Shown here: piece by piece, positions 61,979-64,000 of the stretch
Position numbering within the stretch: position 1 is the first letter of the stretch
How the letters are laid out: every line of letters begins with the position of its first letter
Source of the DNA: Podarcis muralis
Taxonomy: Eukaryota
Length of the DNA: 64,000 nucleotides
NCBI RefSeq assembly: GCF_964188315.1
Contig: NC_135667.1
Location: 26,474,001-26,538,000 of the forward strand
Direction: 5' to 3'
Notes under the pieces: generated by a model
What the model was told of the DNA's origin: nothing
What the model saw: the letters and a program-made list of their open reading frames with translations, nothing else
Databases searched by the model: none
Position numbers and translations under genes: made by a program

Positions 61979-64000
61979 GTTGTTGTTGTTTAGTCGTTTA
62001 GTCGTGTCCGACTCTTCGTGACCCCATGGACCAGAGCACGCCAGGCACCTCTGTCCTCTACTACTTCCCGCAGTTTGGTCAAACTCATGCTGGTAACCTC
62101 GAAAACACTATCCAACCATCTCGTCCTCTATCGCCCCCTTCTCCTTGTGCCCTCCATCTTTCCCAGCGTCAGTGTCTTCTCCAGGGAGTCTTCTCTTCTC
62201 ATGAGGTGGCCAAAGTACTGGAGCCTCAGCTTCACGATCTGTCCTTCCAGTGAGCACTCAGGGCTGATTTCCTTAAGAATGGATGCGTTTGATCTTCTTG
62301 CAGTCCATGGGACTCTCAAGAGTCTTCTCCAGCACCATAATTCAAAAGCATCAATTCTTCGGCGATCAGCCTTCTTTATGGTCCAGCTCTCACTTCCATA
62401 CATCACTACTGGGAAAACCATGGCTTTAACTATACGGACCTTTGTTGGCAAGGTGACGTCTCTACTTCTCAAGATGCTGTCTAGGCCTGTCATTGCCCTT
62501 CTCCCAAGAAGCAGGCGTCTTTTAATTTCGTGGCTGCTGTCACCATCCATCTACAGTGATCATGGAGCCCAAGAAAGTAAAATCTCTCACTGCCTCCATT
62601 TCTTCCCCTTCTATTTGCCAGGAGGTGATGGGACCAGTGGCCATGATCTTCGTTTTTTTGATGTTGAGCTTCAGACCATATTTTGCGCTCTCCTCTTTCA
62701 CCCTCATTAAAAGGTTCTTTAATTCCTCCTCACTTTCTGCCATCAAGGTTGTGTCATCTGCATATCTGAGGTTGTTGATATTTCTTCCGGCAATCTTAAT
62801 TCCATCTTGGGATTCATCCAGCCCAGCCTTTCGCATGATGTATTCTGCATATAAATTAAATAAGCAGGGAGACAAAATACAGCCTTGTCGTACTCCTTTC
62901 CCAATTTTGAACCAATCAGTTGTTCCATATCCAGTTCTAACTGTAGCTTCTTGACCCACATAGAGATTTCTCAGGAGACAGATGAGGTGAACAGGCACTC
63001 CCATTTCTTTAAGAACTTGCCATAGTTTGCTGTGGTCGACACAGTCAAAGGCTTTTGCATAGTCAATGAAGCAGAAGTAGATGTCTTTCTGGAACTCCCT
63101 AGCTTTCTCCATAATCCAGCGCATGTTTGCAATTTGGTCTCTGGTTCCTCTGCCTCTTCTAAATCCAGCTTGCACTTCTGGGAGTTCTCGATCCACATAC
63201 TGCTTGAGCCTTCCTTGTAGAATTTTAAGCATAACCTTGCTAGCGTGTGAAATGAGTGCAATTGTGCGGTAGTTGGAGCATTCTTTGGCACTGCCCTTCT
63301 TTGGGACTGGGATGTAGACTGATCTTCTCCAATCTTCTGGCCACTGCTGAGTTTTCCAAATTTGCTGGCATATTGAGTGTAGCACCTTAACAGCATCATC
63401 TTTTAAAATTTTAAATAGTTCAGCTGGAATACCATCACTTCCACTGGCCTTGTTATTTGCAGTGCTTTCTAAGGCCCATTTGACTTCACTCTCCAGGATG
63501 TCTGGCTCAAGGTCAGCAACCACACTACCTGGGGTGTACGAGACATCCATATCTTTCTGGTATAATTCCTCTGTGTATTCTTGCCACCTCTTCTTGATGT
63601 CTTCTGCTTCTGTTAGGTCCTTACCACTTTTGTCCTTTATTATGGTAATCTTTGTACGAAATGTTCCTTTCATATCTCCAATTTTCTTGAACAGATCTCT
63701 GGTTCTTCCCATTCTGTTGTTTTCCTCTATTTGTTTGCATTGCTCGTTTAAGAAGGCCTTCTTGTCTCTCCTTGCTATTCTTTGGAAATCTGCATTCAAT
63801 TTCCTGTATCTTTCACTATCTCCCTCGCATTTTGCTTGCCTTCTCTCCCCCGCTATTTGTAAGGCCTCGTTGGACAGCCACTTTGCTTTCTTGCATTTCC
63901 TTTTCTTTGGGATGGTTTTCGTTGCTGCCTCCTGTATAATGTTACGAGCCTCCATCCATAGTTCTTCAGGCACTCTGTCCACCAAATCTAAATCCTTAAA
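61979..64000 (-). mobile_element. RTE-BovB LINE in albumin 2 intron 5, with intact 3' end; continues past window edge
   Basis: RT ORF 62540-63985 (YADD, GVRQGCILSP). A 4-bp duplication (ccat) at ~62545 frameshifts it into 62128-62550. Typical 3' end gtcggacacgactaaacgactaaacaacaac on the minus strand. Confidence 0.95.

Overview
Vertebrate genomic DNA from a squamate, most likely a lacertid lizard. The taxon is inferred from Sauria SINE, RTE-BovB, L2, CR1 and Penelope content. The left 25 kb is a minus-strand tandem array of class II olfactory receptor (OR) units: one pseudogene (1842-2796), two intact genes (11240-12289, 20734-21717) and a fourth unit that keeps both flanks but has an L1 fragment in place of its coding exon. 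Next is a complete 15-exon serum albumin gene on + (CDS 26586-41997, 613 aa, non-coding exon 15 at 43261-~43445), with a 210-N assembly gap in intron 5. An intact OR14-like gene on + (47679-48638) and a young 5'-truncated L1 with a 13-bp TSD follow. A second, strongly diverged albumin paralog starts at 55477; exons 1-5 are in the window and the gene runs off the right edge inside a BovB insertion. Most notable: (i) two albumin genes interleaved with OR genes; (ii) albumin 1 lacks the Cys34 thiol, the N-terminal ATCUN motif and the His67/His247 zinc site of mammalian albumin, but has an extra Cys next to a His cluster in domain III; (iii) about 50% protein divergence between the paralogs despite alignable promoters; (iv) a ghost OR unit that has lost its coding exon and its putative 5'-UTR splice donor. 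All alignments and counts were done by eye; no database searches were run.
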